The notes beneath the pieces are model-generated. The model was given only the letters and a program-made list of their open reading frames with translations. It searched no databases and was not told the DNA's origin. A DNA stretch of 63,640 nucleotides, counting the filler, from Choristocarpus tenellus KU-1152 (taxonomy: Eukaryota; Protista; Phaeophyceae): NCBI GenBank assembly GCA_964200185.2. It is 11 parts of 11 records of this genome, joined end to end, with 100 filler letters (N's around TTAATTAATTAA, not from the genome) between each part and the next. Parts side by side here need not be neighbours in the genome. Positions count along the whole stretch, not along the records: positions 8,386 to 18,218 come from CAXNAD020003350.1; positions 18,319 to 22,175 come from CAXNAD020017541.1; positions 22,276 to 24,925 come from CAXNAD020025963.1; positions 25,026 to 34,500 come from CAXNAD020003649.1; 7 more parts are not named here. One strand, 5' to 3'. Positions within the stretch are counted from its first letter, which is position 1; each line of letters begins with the position of its first letter. Shown one piece after another: positions 11,503 through 25,026 of the stretch. The translations under genes and the position numbers were made by a program.

Positions 11503-13187
11503 GTAAGTAGTAGATATCAAGAATCGGATAAAGAGAATAAAATGCGGTGGTGGAAGGAAATGGACACCCGCAGTCGTTCTGTGTGTGTCTGGTGATGTTG
11601 GATGTTTATACTCAGTTCGATGTTCTAACGACGATAGTATTACTTACATGCACCAAGTGGTGTAGGCCTTATCACTCCTAGGTGCAGACTTGGTGCTTTG
11701 AAATATTGTACCGGATATCCAATGGCGGGTTTATCTGGCACTGCAGGGGCCATTTCATCACCAGTGTGGGTGTTAGATGCGTGATGCCACGTGGAAGATG
11801 ATGTAAATAATAAAATATGATTACATGTGTACCTCTGTGACCTGATTCTTAGGGTTAGGGATGCGTGACAAGACTCCAAGGTAGGTGACATGGTCGGACA
11901 AAGCAACATTCAGCCAGGTGAAAAAATGTATATAGACAGCCTGGTACTTCATTTGAGGTCCAAGGATGCATTTTGTCTATCTGCTGCACTCCATCTTTTG
12001 TCCTTGAGTATGACTAATGTTATTGTTACCAACATTGGAAACACAGGGTTAGGGTTATCGACAACGTGCTTTCTAGCCCTTGGTCTCAACGTGCATGTAT
12101 TTTCAACTTTGAAAGGTACACACACTACACACACTACACACACATACCTTCCTCTCTCTGTCGAGGGTTGATTACAGACACCTGTTGATTACATGGGTGT
12201 TTTATATGTGAGGGTGTGTGTGTGTGTCTATATTATTGTGCAATGTAGTAGAGTTGTACATTGCCTTGTACCTTCCTCGAGAATATAGTGGCCACTTAGT
12301 TGTTCGTGTGTCTAAGGCATTGACTTCTTAGAGATAAGTGGAATCTAACACCAACACACCATGATGAGGCCTCGTACCTCTCTAGAGAAGATTTCCGCTG
12401 GTTGTCCTTTGTGAGATGTGCTGAATAGGGGCTCAGCACTCTTGTTGTGCCCTCAGACCTCTGCTCAGAGCATAAGAAGATGTGAACTATTGCTCGAACT
12501 GCTACCACTCTGCCTACTAACTGGAATGGAATGACCGATATCCTGTGCATTGATGAGATGAGAAGTTGGGAAGGAACGATGGGGTCAGAATAACAGAACT
12601 TCTGTTGAGATGAGTGATCGACTTGAAAGGATGAAGCAGGCATCTTGATTCGATGAGAAGTAGTCCCTCCTGGCTGGATCAAGCTGTCCTGCTCAGGTTA
12701 CGCAATGCATCGTTTAGCATCACCTACGATGCATTAAAAAAATGACTTTAAACATTTTGATAAGGTATTTTTTACGCCTTCAATCTATACACCACCAGCG
12801 TGTACTAAGGACACAACAATGCAGGGTCCAGTTTTGACTTGCGTCGATATGTGTATCCTTTCCCACACACTAACTGTACTGTAGAGGTCTGCCTACCAGA
12901 CACACTATCGACTAATACTCCGTCTGAGAAGGCATAAGCGACATATTTTGCTGAAGAAGGGATGGAGAATTGATTGATGGTATAACAGAGAGGTTGCGAA
13001 AAAAAAAAAAAACGAAAATAAGGGAAGGAGGAAGGTTGAAGGGGGAGAGGCAGAACAAAAAAAAAAAAAAAAAAAAAAAATACACTGGACCTTTAGCAAC
13101 AGTATATCCTTCTCAATATGCAAAGGTTCTTTTTCTTGGAAACAAGTGCAGCTGTTTTTCTAAAAGAACTGAGTCAGAGTAGACCAG

Positions 13188-13471
13188 AGGAACACAGAGT
13201 TGCATTTTAAGGATGCTGACAAATATGTGGAGAATTAGCCCTTCTTTTTTTTTAATGTGAGTTAGGTATTTTCTAAATAGTGAGGGAAAATTTTCGAACA
13301 AAACAGAAATAAACGCTTTCGAGTCAAACTTAGAACTTATCGATATAAAAAAACATAAGGGTGAATTGCAAAAGAATGGAAAAACGGGCTTGAAATGCAA
13401 CTTTCCTGCTTCATACCTTAATTGTACAGACATCAGTTTGCCAATAGAGGTGGTAGGAACCTGCGGGGTCC
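13188..13471 (+). mobile_element. diverged AT-rich MITE-like repeat (family C)
   Basis: Shares gagg.ac.cag.gttgca start and gaattgcaaaa...ggcttgaaatgcaa interior with 15377-15644. Confidence 0.4.
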
Positions 13472-15376
13472 TGAGCTACTCTATGGAAGTTGATTCAAAC
13501 TAGAAAGAAAAAAAAGATTATCCCACACATTTGAACTTTCTATTCTTTCTTGACATCCTGCACACTTTGCATCAATATATATATATAGTAGTACAATTCA
13601 AAGGGTTAGGGTGCAGACATCTCTAATTTTGTCAAGGTACTTTCCAAACGTAAATATATATATATATATATATTACAGTCAAACTCAATACCCCACACCA
13701 ATTTACACACCTACTTTCATATAGCTCTAACCCAAATCCTCTCTCTTACACATAACTCAACACCACCTTTATACATAGCACTAAACCTAATCCTATTCCT
13801 ACTATTGTTCAGATACAACCTTGGGGCGGTCATGTGGTCGAGTAGGGAGGTCATTGAGGAGACGTATGCAAATTGTCCCGTCCCATCTACCCCGTCTGCC
13901 TAATAGTGGCACCAGAAGGAAAAGTGAAGTATTTATCTCATCATCGCTTTGTATTACATTTTGATATTTTATGGATTGTGTTATTTTACGCTCCTCTCTA
14001 ACAAAACTCAACACACTAGATCCCACGTTGGTACTATAGTGGTCTCTGCTTGGTTGGGGCGTTGCTGCAGATATTTTACCCTGTATCATGACTTAACGTT
14101 GTAGAGAGGACTGATCTTTAATTTAATTTTTTTTCCCTTGCAGGTTTTTCCTGTTCTGATTGTAATTCTCACCAATTAATATTTATGGCGGGGGCTCGAT
14201 TTAGGGTCAGGACTTCCGATAGATACCTCAAATAAAGGATGACTTTCTGATTTACAGGTATTCGTCCCTGCACTTCACAATTTACACTGGTACTGCTAAT
14301 GGAATGACAGGGTTCTTCCTCTAGTCTTCAGTGTCACAAGGCACCTGCATTCTGGGGGTCCTTGGCAGCCTGTCATACATATGCCTTCAGGTTGGTGTCG
14401 CATATTAAGACAAGGAGTTGCAAATTGTAAAAGACCAGCTTGTCCTTTGTAGTAGGTGTTCCAATAGTACAATGGCAGACAAAATCAGATTTTGGGCCCT
14501 TTTGTATCATAGAGGGGGGGTCAAGCGTCAGTTTGGGGCCTGTGTGACCCTCTAGTGATTTCATGTCATGTGAGTGAATGTGTGAGATGGAAAGACAATT
14601 TCCTTTATATGAAGTCATATTCCTTTCCCATCCCCCTGCCTGGATCAAAAGCCGAAGGAAATCTCCCACAAAACGGGCATCAAACTGGGGTATCTAACCT
14701 AGCCGCCATCAAACCCTGAATGGACCGCTCAACCTAACTAACCCTCCCTCTAGGTTACTATGGGCCTTGGGAATATAGTCACTCCAAGTTTACATGTAGT
14801 AGCAGGAATGACCAAAAAAGAAGGGGGCAACTTTGGTCAAGGATGCAAAGGCTAAAGCCAACTCCGCACATATTTGACCAGGTCATTAAAAGGCAAAATT
14901 GAAATATCTCAACTAATTTTTGCTCCTCGAGTCCTGTAACCCTTTGGAAGGCATCAACCTCTACCACTACTGCTGACTATTACATCTACCAGCTCGCCAT
15001 TGACATCCATCACTATAGCAGGGCCGGTACTCCCACTCCACAAAACACAAGGTATTAATTGAACCCCTTTTGTTGCCTCTCCTAAAGTCAGACCCTTCTC
15101 AGTCGACACGGGAATTGTCTTAACATTGCTGTGCCACGCCAGCGGTATTAAAAGTTTCCATGGGGCATGATGCCACATGAGATGCTCGACCCACCACCGG
15201 TAATGTGTAAACGTGTCTGAAAATCCCTTACCAAGGACCTTCACGTCTTGGTTCCATTCTCTCATATGTCTTTTCCGTCCTCCTATTTGTCTTTCTCATC
15301 ATCATTCATCACGCACACGGGAGGGCATTACTGGCAGATGGATCCCAAAAGTCAACAGAGAGTCGAAGCAAGGGAG

Positions 15377-15644
15377 AGGTACCCAGGGTTGCATATTTAA
15401 TTATTTTTAAATATGGTTACAACTATATCCAAAATTCTGTTTTTTTGCACCAAATGCGTGAAGGATATTTTTTTTAATGTGTCGAATTTTTTCAAACAAT
15501 GGAGAAATCAACCATCTCAAATCAAATTTAGCACTTCATCCATAGAAATTTGGGGGAATTGCAAAATATTGAAGAACTGGCTTGAAATGCAAAAAACGAC
15601 CAAAACCTTGGTACATTTCGTTTGTTTACTTTGACTGGGACCCT
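15377..15644 (+). mobile_element. diverged AT-rich MITE-like repeat (family C)
   Basis: Imperfect TIR aggtacccag / ctgggaccct; homology to 13188-13471. Confidence 0.45.
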
Positions 15645-17597
15645 TCAGGCATTCCCAAGGCAGTTGTCTGTGTGTGCCTGCTTATCCTCAAAGTATTTAA
15701 TGAAAATAATAATAATAATATAATAGTGACAAATCGTTTACGATTCAGAACAAATCCAAAGGTCAGCATTGTAATTTTATTTAGAACAATATTTTGCTTC
15801 CAAGGCAGGTAGGTAGATATATCATCAAAAACCCAAGGCTCTCTCTGCAATGGCATGACATCAGAGTTGTCCACAACATGCCTCAATAATATCGCCTCCA
15901 CGTCTCCAACACTGCTTCCATCCCATCAAGTGTATTAAATTATTTTGTTTTGAGGGTATACCAGCCTGGCTCCTCCACTGGACAAGGTCCTCAGCAGAGT
16001 GTACCCACCATACCAGAGTGATGATTACTGGGAGATCGGGCAGGGTTTGTTTCGTTGACCAACCGTCATTTGGCGCCCTCATAAACCAAGGGTGGGAGAC
16101 TCCTATAAACGGACCAGCATAGATATGGGTCATAGCCCCGATCGGATTCCCACTTCCCACAGCAGGATTGAGCAAGGTGGTCCTGCTGTGGTTTACTTTG
16201 CTCACACCCCTTGATCGAGAGGCTATATCACTTGTCGTCAGACTTGAAGGAAGTGGAAATGCAGCGAGGCAAGGGTTGAAAGAGTTATTTTGGGGTAGTC
16301 ATCACTCATGGGGAAAGGATAGCATTGCATCTATCCTTAAGTAACTTACCTAGTCCGGGAAAAGTGGTGCGTTCCAAAAAAATTGAAATAGAAACATTGT
16401 ATAATGTACGAAAAAACCTCTCGTACCCTTTGTGCAAGCAGATACATGTTGACAGACCTCTTTTTCCAAGGAAAGACTGAGTGTGTTCTTTCCAAGTGAT
16501 AGTACTGCAGAGTGCACCATTCACAAGTGGCCAACAGAGAGAGGACCAACACAAGAGATTGACCAACACTAATAGAGGCAGTAAGTTAAGGTACTGAATT
16601 ACTCGTTTCATCCTGTTAGGTATTCAGTGCAAACATCATCTAGTACGGGGTGTGTGTTTGGGACAACTTGGGTACCATCAGAGGTATTGGTGAAAACAAA
16701 TACGTTCCAACATTCGTAAGCACTACAGAACTGTTGGAGTAACTCATGCCACAAGACGACTGACTGCACCCTTGCATCCAGGCTTTTCATCCCGTAGATG
16801 CACTCGACCTCATAGCCTCTATTGTTGCTCCATCCAATATTCTCTCTCAGGGAGGACCTCCAAAGTAGACCAATACAGGTAAAGTTAAGGATTCTTCCCT
16901 CTTATTCTCATTCTTATTCTCCCTCTTCGTCACTTGAATTTTCTTGTCCTCTATTGGGACGATTATTGCCATAGATATGAGCCATGGGGATATGTGTTAA
17001 GGCTCTCACCTTCTTGCTCGAACTGCCATGTCGCCAAAATCAATTAACCTACTCCCTCTTTGTCTAATGTGCCCACTGACATTTTGGGAATGTTGTCCTG
17101 AGGGCTACAAGAAGCAACATGCAAGTCGAAGAAAGTATGAGCAAATTTCCTCTTTATGTAGAAATGCATGTAGGGAGGCGTTTCTGGATTCTGCTCTAAA
17201 TTTCCAAACAAAAAGAGAAATCAACCTCTTGCTAATCTTAGTACTTCATCTATAAAAATGAGAGTGAACTGCAAAGATTAAAAAAGGTCATGAAATGCAG
17301 AACGGCGACGACCTGGGTGGGTACCGCTTGTTTAGTTTGGCTCATTGTACACTATAAATTAGATATATCATCCGTGACACTTGAGACATAGCCACACGCA
17401 GCTGACTATTGGGCGACACACTGAGAATACCTGAAAAACTACATCGCACTGATCTTGGATATCACTACAGTTTATGTTACAGTGCAGAGTTAAGGAGGTC
17501 AAGTTCAATCTCCATCCACAAATAATTATGGACTATTAAAAATACATCTAGAGTAAGGGCCCCTGCTCAGACATGGCTAGCATTCGATGAAGAGGTC

Positions 17598-17867
17598 GAG
17601 TCAAAGCACCTAAGAGGAGAGGGCCGTGTCCGTTCGGAGTAAAAAATAAAATTATTGCGATTTCGATCGATTTTGGCTATCTTGTTTGTTAGCAAGTGTC
17701 AAAATCCTTGCTCTGGATACACCTTTTATAGTCCTATACATCTTACCTACTCTGAAATCCGAAATGTTCACGCCGAAAACCGAAAAAGGGCATAAAAACC
17801 CCGCTGGAAGCCAAGCCCCAAACGGACAAACAGGGCAAAATTCCTACCCTCTTAAATGCTATGGGTT
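17598..17867 (-). mobile_element. MITE family A, diverged copy
   Basis: gagtcaaagcacctaagagg...ccaagccccaaacggacaaacagggcaaaattcctaccctcttaaatgct. Confidence 0.8.
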
Positions 17868-18058
17868 GGCCTGTCTTCCACACTATGTGCTTGAGTACCA
17901 TCAACTTCCCCCAGCCCCAAACTGTCAATTGAATCTCAACGGAGAAGGAGAGGGGTTGAGATGCAAGTGACTATTTGGGTCTGGACGAGGTCGAGGAAAA
18001 ACAGGCGTATCATGCGAACCGGGTCTCTTCTGCAAATAAATGTTTATCCGTGGCTTTC

Positions 18059-18218
18059 ACAGCCGATTTCAAAAATTGAGGATGGAGCTTTTCATTGAGG
18101 ATGGACTTCACCCAAAATTGACTGGGATAAAGTGTCGATATGTTTTTTTTTTTAATGACAATACAAAAAAATATATATCGACACTTTATCCCAGTCAATT
18201 TTGGGTCAAGCCCATCCT
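18059..18218. repeat. foldback inverted repeat / probable hairpin MITE, cut by the contig end
   Basis: 44-bp arms 18098-18141 and 18175-18218 with 2 mismatches; outer motif aaaattgaggatggagc also found inverted at 34610-34626. Confidence 0.8.
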
Positions 18219-18318
18219 NNNNNNNNNNNNNNNNNNNNNNNNNNNNNNNNNNNNNNNNNNNNTTAATTAATTAANNNNNNNNNNNNNNNNNNNNNNNNNN
18301 NNNNNNNNNNNNNNNNNN
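18219..18318. other. artificial contig-joining linker
   Basis: N44-TTAATTAATTAA-N44. Confidence 0.97.
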
Positions 18319-18722
18319 GTGCTGTGTGTCTTGTTGTGGCCTAACCCACCCACCCCCACCCCCACCCCCCTCTCAATATTTATATTTATTATTATGATTA
18401 TTTTTTATTTGAACTTGTATTTATAGATGTTAATATTTTTATATGAAAATATTCTGTAGTTATGTCAGTTTTGTTAGCTAAACAGAAGCGTCTTGCACAC
18501 TTTGGGCCTAGATTCATATTCTTGTTATTGACTGGCTTTTTCTCCTCCCCCCCCCCCCAGCTATACTTTTACGAACTTCCTGGCCTTGCAACAAACCTCC
18601 CCCCTTCCCCCACCCCTCTCCCTCGAGCGCCTTGAGCACCTTGAGCACCTTGAGCACCTTGAGCCTCGAAAATTGAATATTGAACCTTGAACCTGGTACC
18701 TTGAACCTGATACCTTGAACAG

Positions 18723-18923
18723 GTTCTATCTCCAGGAGAATGATGGAAAGGTTGCCGAGAAGTACTTGCTGGAGGGACCTTTGGCGCTGTACCCAAAACA
18801 TCCTGAGGCGTTGTCTGATCTTGCGGTTGCGCTGACGATGCAAGGGAGGAACGAAGAGGCGGTGTCTGCTATTAAGATGGCAGGAGAGACTGGGGCAAGG
18901 GGGAAGGGATATGACCAGCGAAG
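18723..18923 (+). CDS. internal exon of a tetratricopeptide-repeat (TPR) protein
   Basis: cag|...|gtttgt boundaries, 201 nt; AEKYLLEGPLALYPKHPEALSDLAVALTMQGRNEEAV fits the TPR consensus (A...P....A...LA..L...G..EEA). Confidence 0.72.
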
Positions 18924-20843
18924 GTTTGTGTTTCTCTGTGGTGTGGGGTTAAGGGGGGTGAAAATGAAGTGGAGTAGATGTTTGTGCTTGGTACAATGGG
19001 GTGATAGATGGTGTGTGTGTTTTGAAGTAGACATGATCATCTGTTGGGTCTTTTTCTGCAGTGTTGTGTGTGTGTGTGTCTGTGCCTGTGTCTGTGTTTT
19101 TTGCGATTTAAGAAAAATAAAGTGTGTAAGGTGTTTGTTGTTGCGCTTGATGGATTATTTTATTCTAGGGTTATTGGTAAATGTTTTGATTTGTTTTGGA
19201 GGTAGAGGCAAGGGGCTACTCTGATTGTGTGTTGATGTGTGTATATTGAGAGAGATGGAGAATGGAGCATTCCGCTGTAAGTGTTAGAGTGTATTAACGA
19301 GTTGCTTTACTTTGAAGTAGGACAGGGCATGAGGAGCGAACTGGAATTGTATTGAGGAGTTTTGGTAGAGATGCTTGTTGGTCGATTTACAAAAGTATAT
19401 TTTTTCTTTTGTGTCTGTGTTTCACAAAGAAATAACAAATATTGTATCGGAGTTTATTCCCAGAGGTAAGGGCATCAGATACCAGTTTGCAGTTTACAAA
19501 TAGTTTTGTACATATTTACCTGGTGTTTGTAGTCTACTGGTAGGAGCCGTTCTCGTTTTGCCTGTGTGTGATGGCCATTCAAGGGTCGTTTTCAAGCCTG
19601 TAGGTCCTGATTTGCAGCTCTTTTTCCTTTTTTTTGTAATGGTACACGGTGTATGTATAATTTAGATTTTTCTTTTTTTAGTGTGTATAATGATATTAAT
19701 TAGTAAAATTAATATTTTATGTAGAGGTAGGATTGTGTTGAGATGGAGTTAAGTTCGGCTATGCATTGTGAGGTGTTTGTTATGCTCTGCCTTTGGTGTT
19801 GCATCCACATGGGCTAGGTAGGGTATGTCATTCCCTTCACTGGACAGACCTCGTCCATGCTGTTCAAACGGGACCTTAGTTGTTTTTGACAAGAGGATTG
19901 GGTGAGTTTCGTCCTATGATTTGTCCTTACCCACTTGAGGTCATTCCGCTGTCCCTGGCATGCATGTCCACCTCGCTCTTTTGTGCTTGGATGGACCTGT
20001 GCTATGGGTGATGGTATTGCTGTCTTCTGGCATTCCGAAGGGAGTATGTCATGGATGAAATGATGAGAAAAGTGCAACAAGAAATGGATGGGGGAGGTGG
20101 GTTGTTTGATGGAGAGGTACAGGAGGAGAATGGAGAGGATGCAGCATCAGAAGCTGATACCCCTGAGGTAACATCTGTGGAGGAGGAAGGAGAGTAGAAG
20201 GCTGGATAGAATATATAGCCTGTGTTGGGCTAGAGTGACTGAAAAAAGAACCGGCGGGTTGGGGTGATATGGCAATGTATTACGGACTTGAGGTTGAATA
20301 GGTGTTGATCACGTGGTTGTTGCATGCGTATCCACTTAGAGATACAAACCACACAAGGAAAGAGATTATCTCATAGAACCTCAATGTGTAACCATGTGTG
20401 TGTTGGCACATCCCGAGGGGTGGATTGCCGCCTCAGTTTTGGTCAAGTTGTTGAGCTTGACTAGGTCTTCTGGTTTTTACAGCCTAGTGGGAGATTGAGG
20501 TGTGGCATACAGTGGGGACAGATCACACAAGAGGTTAGGTAGGAGGGAGGGACAGCATGGTTAGTATCTAGTGCTGCACAATCTTTACCACCAGAGATGA
20601 GATCTCAATATTTATATTCAAGCTTGCTGTGATAGGCACTGAACAGGCGATAAGGTATGTCAACTGCAGGCATCATAATTTCTTGGTAGGTTAGTGTGCT
20701 TTAGGCACTTCGGGGGTGATTTGTCACATGCCCTGGTTGTGGGTTACTACATATGATTGTCTCTGTCTAGGCATGCAGTATTTTGAATTTGGGGTTTGCT
20801 ACATACATATGTGAGGTACATATATTCATTCTTGCCTCCTTGT

Positions 20844-21118
20844 GGCCCAAAGCATTTGAGAGGATAGGAGTTTCGTCCTGTCCGTTTTGGGCTTGGCTTC
20901 TCATGGTTTTTTATGCCATTTTTGGGTTTTCTTGAACATAGTTACGTACTCTGAAACATTTTGGAGTAGTTAAAATGTACACGACTATGAAAAGGCGTGT
21001 TCGGAGCAAGGATATGGACACTTCATATCAAACACTATAGCTAAAATTCATCAATATCACAACACTGGATTTGCGACCCCAAACAGGCCCGACCATACCC
21101 TCTGAAATGCTTTAGGTG
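20844..21118 (+). mobile_element. MITE family A, diverged copy
   Basis: ggcccaaagcatttgagaggatagg...ggacacttcatatcaaacactatagc...taccctctgaaatgctttagg. Confidence 0.78.
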
Positions 21119-22175
21119 TGTGGTGCATGGAGATTGACAGTCGTGGTTATATTTGGCCGCAGTTGTGTTGTTTTAATGATGTGGTGTGTTGTTTGGTGAC
21201 TTGTATGGATGATGGGGGCGATTCTTCTCTCTGTTTGTTGGCTCAGCAAGAGCAAGGGGATATAGATGGATAGATAATACAAGCTTCTTTGAGATGACCC
21301 CACAAATCGTTCAACAGAAGGTGGTGAGAAAGAGTCAGGTGCAAGCAGCAGAAGGAAGGTCCTGGGGTAAGCAAAGCAATTCTTGAGTGACCTAAGTATG
21401 ACCCAAGCAGAGCTGCCTGGTGTGTGGGTCGGATCAGACTCATTAGGAAGTAAGTGGGCCTTTGCCTGCTGCTCAGAAGTGGACAGTACCATTGATGTCA
21501 CAAAGGGACGGGAGGGGCAAGTCTTGGAGTAGATACTCCGGAGTGCCAAAGATGTTTATTTAATAGCAGATCATGATAATGGCGGATGGATCATTTCATG
21601 GAGGATGGTTTTGACCGAAATGGAGCGCGGAAAGTGCCCATATATTTTTTTGTAAATGTCATAAAACTTTTTTAGGGCCCCTTTTTGAATGGGAATCCAT
21701 GCCGAAGGTGGTAGTAGGACATATTTAATTGATGATAAATACAGTACCTACCCCGATTTTGTGCCAAATCTGAAAATTTTAATTTTTGTACCGCTTTTTT
21801 CGACATGCTAAAAAAAATAGCACTTCGATGTAGTTTCTTTCGGGGTGGCGTTTCGTCATTATGGATGGTCGACCGAGTGAGAAGAAGTGTTATTTTACCA
21901 TATTATTAAATTGTTTATCAATTAATGCTATCATCCCCAAGTAGAAGAAGCTAACGCTGAGCGCTTCTAAGTGTTGACATTATGTGATGATCGACCTCTT
22001 TCTACGAATATCTCAGTCATGCCCGAATTACCGTTTGTTGTGATCTGCCTCCCCTCCTCCCACCCCCTGTCAGATACGCCGATGTGCATTTATCTATTTT
22101 TTCGGGAAACTTGTTTGACTTGTCACATATCGCAAGAGAACAACAGGGAGAAGAGGGAGAATAAGGCGACAACAG

Positions 22176-22275
22176 NNNNNNNNNNNNNNNNNNNNNNNNN
22201 NNNNNNNNNNNNNNNNNNNTTAATTAATTAANNNNNNNNNNNNNNNNNNNNNNNNNNNNNNNNNNNNNNNNNNNN
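22176..22275. other. artificial contig-joining linker
   Basis: N44-TTAATTAATTAA-N44. Confidence 0.97.
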
Positions 22276-22599
22276 GTCATTGGATTTGAGTTGTACATCC
22301 TGGAAGGTGAGCATTGAGGGGCGCCTGTAACAGTAATGCTGCCTTGTCTATATGGGTTCCCTACCTTGCTTCTCTCTCAGAGCTGTCTTAGCTGGTTGGT
22401 CTCTGGCCGGTCCTTGCCAAATCAACTACAATATCACCACTGTTTGCAGCAGTACTATCATATTACAGAACACTAATATTATTTAAATAGCAGCCTAATG
22501 GAGCTCCACGAGACGGTGTGTATGTCCATAATTAAATAACTACGGTGGTACTATTATACCAAGGATATGTTATAAGAACCATCACACTTCCTTGTCGAA

Positions 22600-23200
22600 T
22601 TCTCTCTCTCTCTCGAAAGTGGAAGTCATTAAAGATTAGACATCTATAAGCCAAAACTAATACCGTAGTTTCCGCCTGATAGGAGATGCGGTTCAAGCAT
22701 TCAAGCTTGTCACTATCGTCTGGCCTTTTTTGATGAAGCGGATGGACTAGGGAGGTCGCTGAGCCTAACCCTAACCCTAACCCTAACCCTAATATTGGCA
22801 AGCAACTATCATACCTCCCTACTTGCTGGGATAACGGTAATAATCAACTCTGATGTAAGAACTTTTAAAACCACATCCCAGTAAAACCAGTCTCGATATT
22901 TTTCTTGTGTATAGATATCGTATGAAATATCGAACTTCGAACTTCGACACTCCCACACCAATCGTTCTTGCTAGTCTCGGGTGTAACCGTCGCGTGATGA
23001 CTTGAGTCACTCGAGTCTTCACCGACGATTGGTATGCCACCTGTAAGGGCAGGAGATAGAGGGTACGTAGCCGATGCCATCTTTACTTTGATGCATGGAA
23101 AGGAACACACAATAAGTTGGCGAGTCGCCAAGGAATCTCAAGAGTCTGTCCATTTTTCGACATTCGTTGCCGTGATGTGGGAGTTGTGCACCTATTCAGG
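22600..23200 (-). mobile_element. heavily degenerate copia-like reverse transcriptase remnant
   Basis: Weak resemblance (KW...TRQLIVCSF...TYPLSP...NDW) to the copia RT N-terminal motifs KW..K...ARLVA.G...T.SP...DW; many stops. Confidence 0.25.
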
Positions 23201-24867
23201 ACCCATTTTCTCTGGGCACTCACGTTGAGGTAGCTGTATCAGATCGGAGTCATTTCAATCTCCTCTCGAACTTCATTTCTTTGCACGAACACCTCGAAGG
23301 TTGGTTGGTTGGTTGGTTGATCTGTAATCCCTGAGTGACTTTCGATCTCTTCTTTGTCGATTCTATCGACAAACTATGTGCACCTACACCTATACCTACA
23401 ACACAACTAGTTGCAACTCAGCTGATATCTGCAGTGCCAATTTGACTTGACAGTGTGTGTGACCAACTGGACTTATGGCACACTGTGGCACCAATGTACG
23501 ACCCATTGTCCAGGATGGGGAACAATGTGTGTCAAGGACATGGGAGGGCGAAAGGAAGATCAGACGTGAGGCTTGCAAGAGACGAAGGTGAACTCAACTT
23601 TTAGTTGGGCTTGTGATAGGTTTTTACCCAAGGGCTCACTCTGTCAGCGGGAGGAGATCTCCTTGAGCCATGCCAGTGGGCAGTGGCTAAACACCTACCA
23701 AGGCAATATGCAATAGTTCGCAAGTCAGCCCTAACAAGAACTTGTTCTCACGAGTTGCTCACGTACCAACAAAAAATGGATTCAATTAACACTATGTCGA
23801 GACATAAGCTTGATATAGAGTTAAAAGTAAGATAATTAGGAGTGTATTAGTAACACACTCCCCTCCTAAAACCATCCGAAGGGGAACCCCCCCCCACTTT
23901 GAAATTCCAATCAAATATCGACTGGGGGCACTTAATTGACACATCTGCAAGAAGAAGAATGTAGATATGGGATTTGGGCGCAGTGTGCACAGTGTCGGGG
24001 CGGACTTGACTAACCGTTCAAGGTTGTTCAATGGGAAGAGTTGCTTGATTTTTTTGCAACATTGTATTTTGGATTAAAATAAGTACATACCATGTTTTAT
24101 GGACTGATGATGCATTCAATTCAGGAGACTTGGTTCAATGATGGCTCATACCTCTCTACCAAGGAGAGGTTGATATTTTTAACCAAATAATATTGTAGGA
24201 CTACGTACATCCATCGATCTTGGAGCACTGGAAGTTGCCCCTCTCTCCTAAACACACAACAAATTATTTTCTCCGATGCAGACTAGAATCTAGAGTTCTT
24301 GACCGTTAGGGATTTTCTTTATTCAACACAAGTCTCTGCTGCAGCAACAACGTCATCAATAAGTTTACGATATCTCGAAGTGATGCAAATGATCTCACTT
24401 TGCTGTTGTTGCTTCAAATATTGGTAGCTCCTGCAATAAAGATTATATCGTAAGACCAAAGATGTCATCCAGCAAACTTTATCCGTCCAATGCTTCTCAA
24501 CATTCCCTTTGTGTGGTGACCCATGAAGAGCATTTGAACGTCACGCCCATGAACTCAAGCTATCTGAGGAGAAGAAGCGGAATGAGGCACTATCTCGACT
24601 GCAGAGCAGCAAGCAGGTGAACGTTCTTCCATGATTTGGATCGCCCTTAAAATTTGTATGTGATTTCTGTCTGTCTGTATATCTGGCACGGGTGGTTTAC
24701 CGCTCTAGGATTCTTGTAGGTCTGCTGAAGGGCAGCAAATGTAACACTCAAATCCACGGTATATTGTGTTTGTACCAAGCTTGCCTAAAAATGGAAATAT
24801 ACTTGAAGTGACCACACTCAATCGCCCAGGCATGTATGTATGATCAGTAGACACTTTCTTGTCAAGA

Positions 24868-24925
24868 GAACCAAAGTATCTGGGAGGGGGGGGGGGGGGG
24901 GCGTGCACCAGGGTGTCCCTTTGGG
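24868..24925 (-). mobile_element. MITE family B end, truncated by the contig end
   Basis: gaaccaaagtatctgggagggg...caccagggtgtcc matches the start of 54176-54353. Confidence 0.75.
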
Positions 24926-25025
24926 NNNNNNNNNNNNNNNNNNNNNNNNNNNNNNNNNNNNNNNNNNNNTTAATTAATTAANNNNNNNNNNNNNNNNNNN
25001 NNNNNNNNNNNNNNNNNNNNNNNNN
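24926..25025. other. artificial contig-joining linker
   Basis: N44-TTAATTAATTAA-N44. Confidence 0.97.
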
Positions 25026-25026
25026 C

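Noticed and set aside
11690-11915. Possible copia RT/RNaseH remnant (DATW, VTWSDK)
   Set aside because: Only two tiny motifs in broken frames; insufficient
14780-17000. Patchy minus-strand ORFs with a CLHKGYERF segment resembling a DEDDh exonuclease AHNG..FD motif
   Set aside because: Too degenerate to support; probably an old TE relic, but the family cannot be assigned by eye
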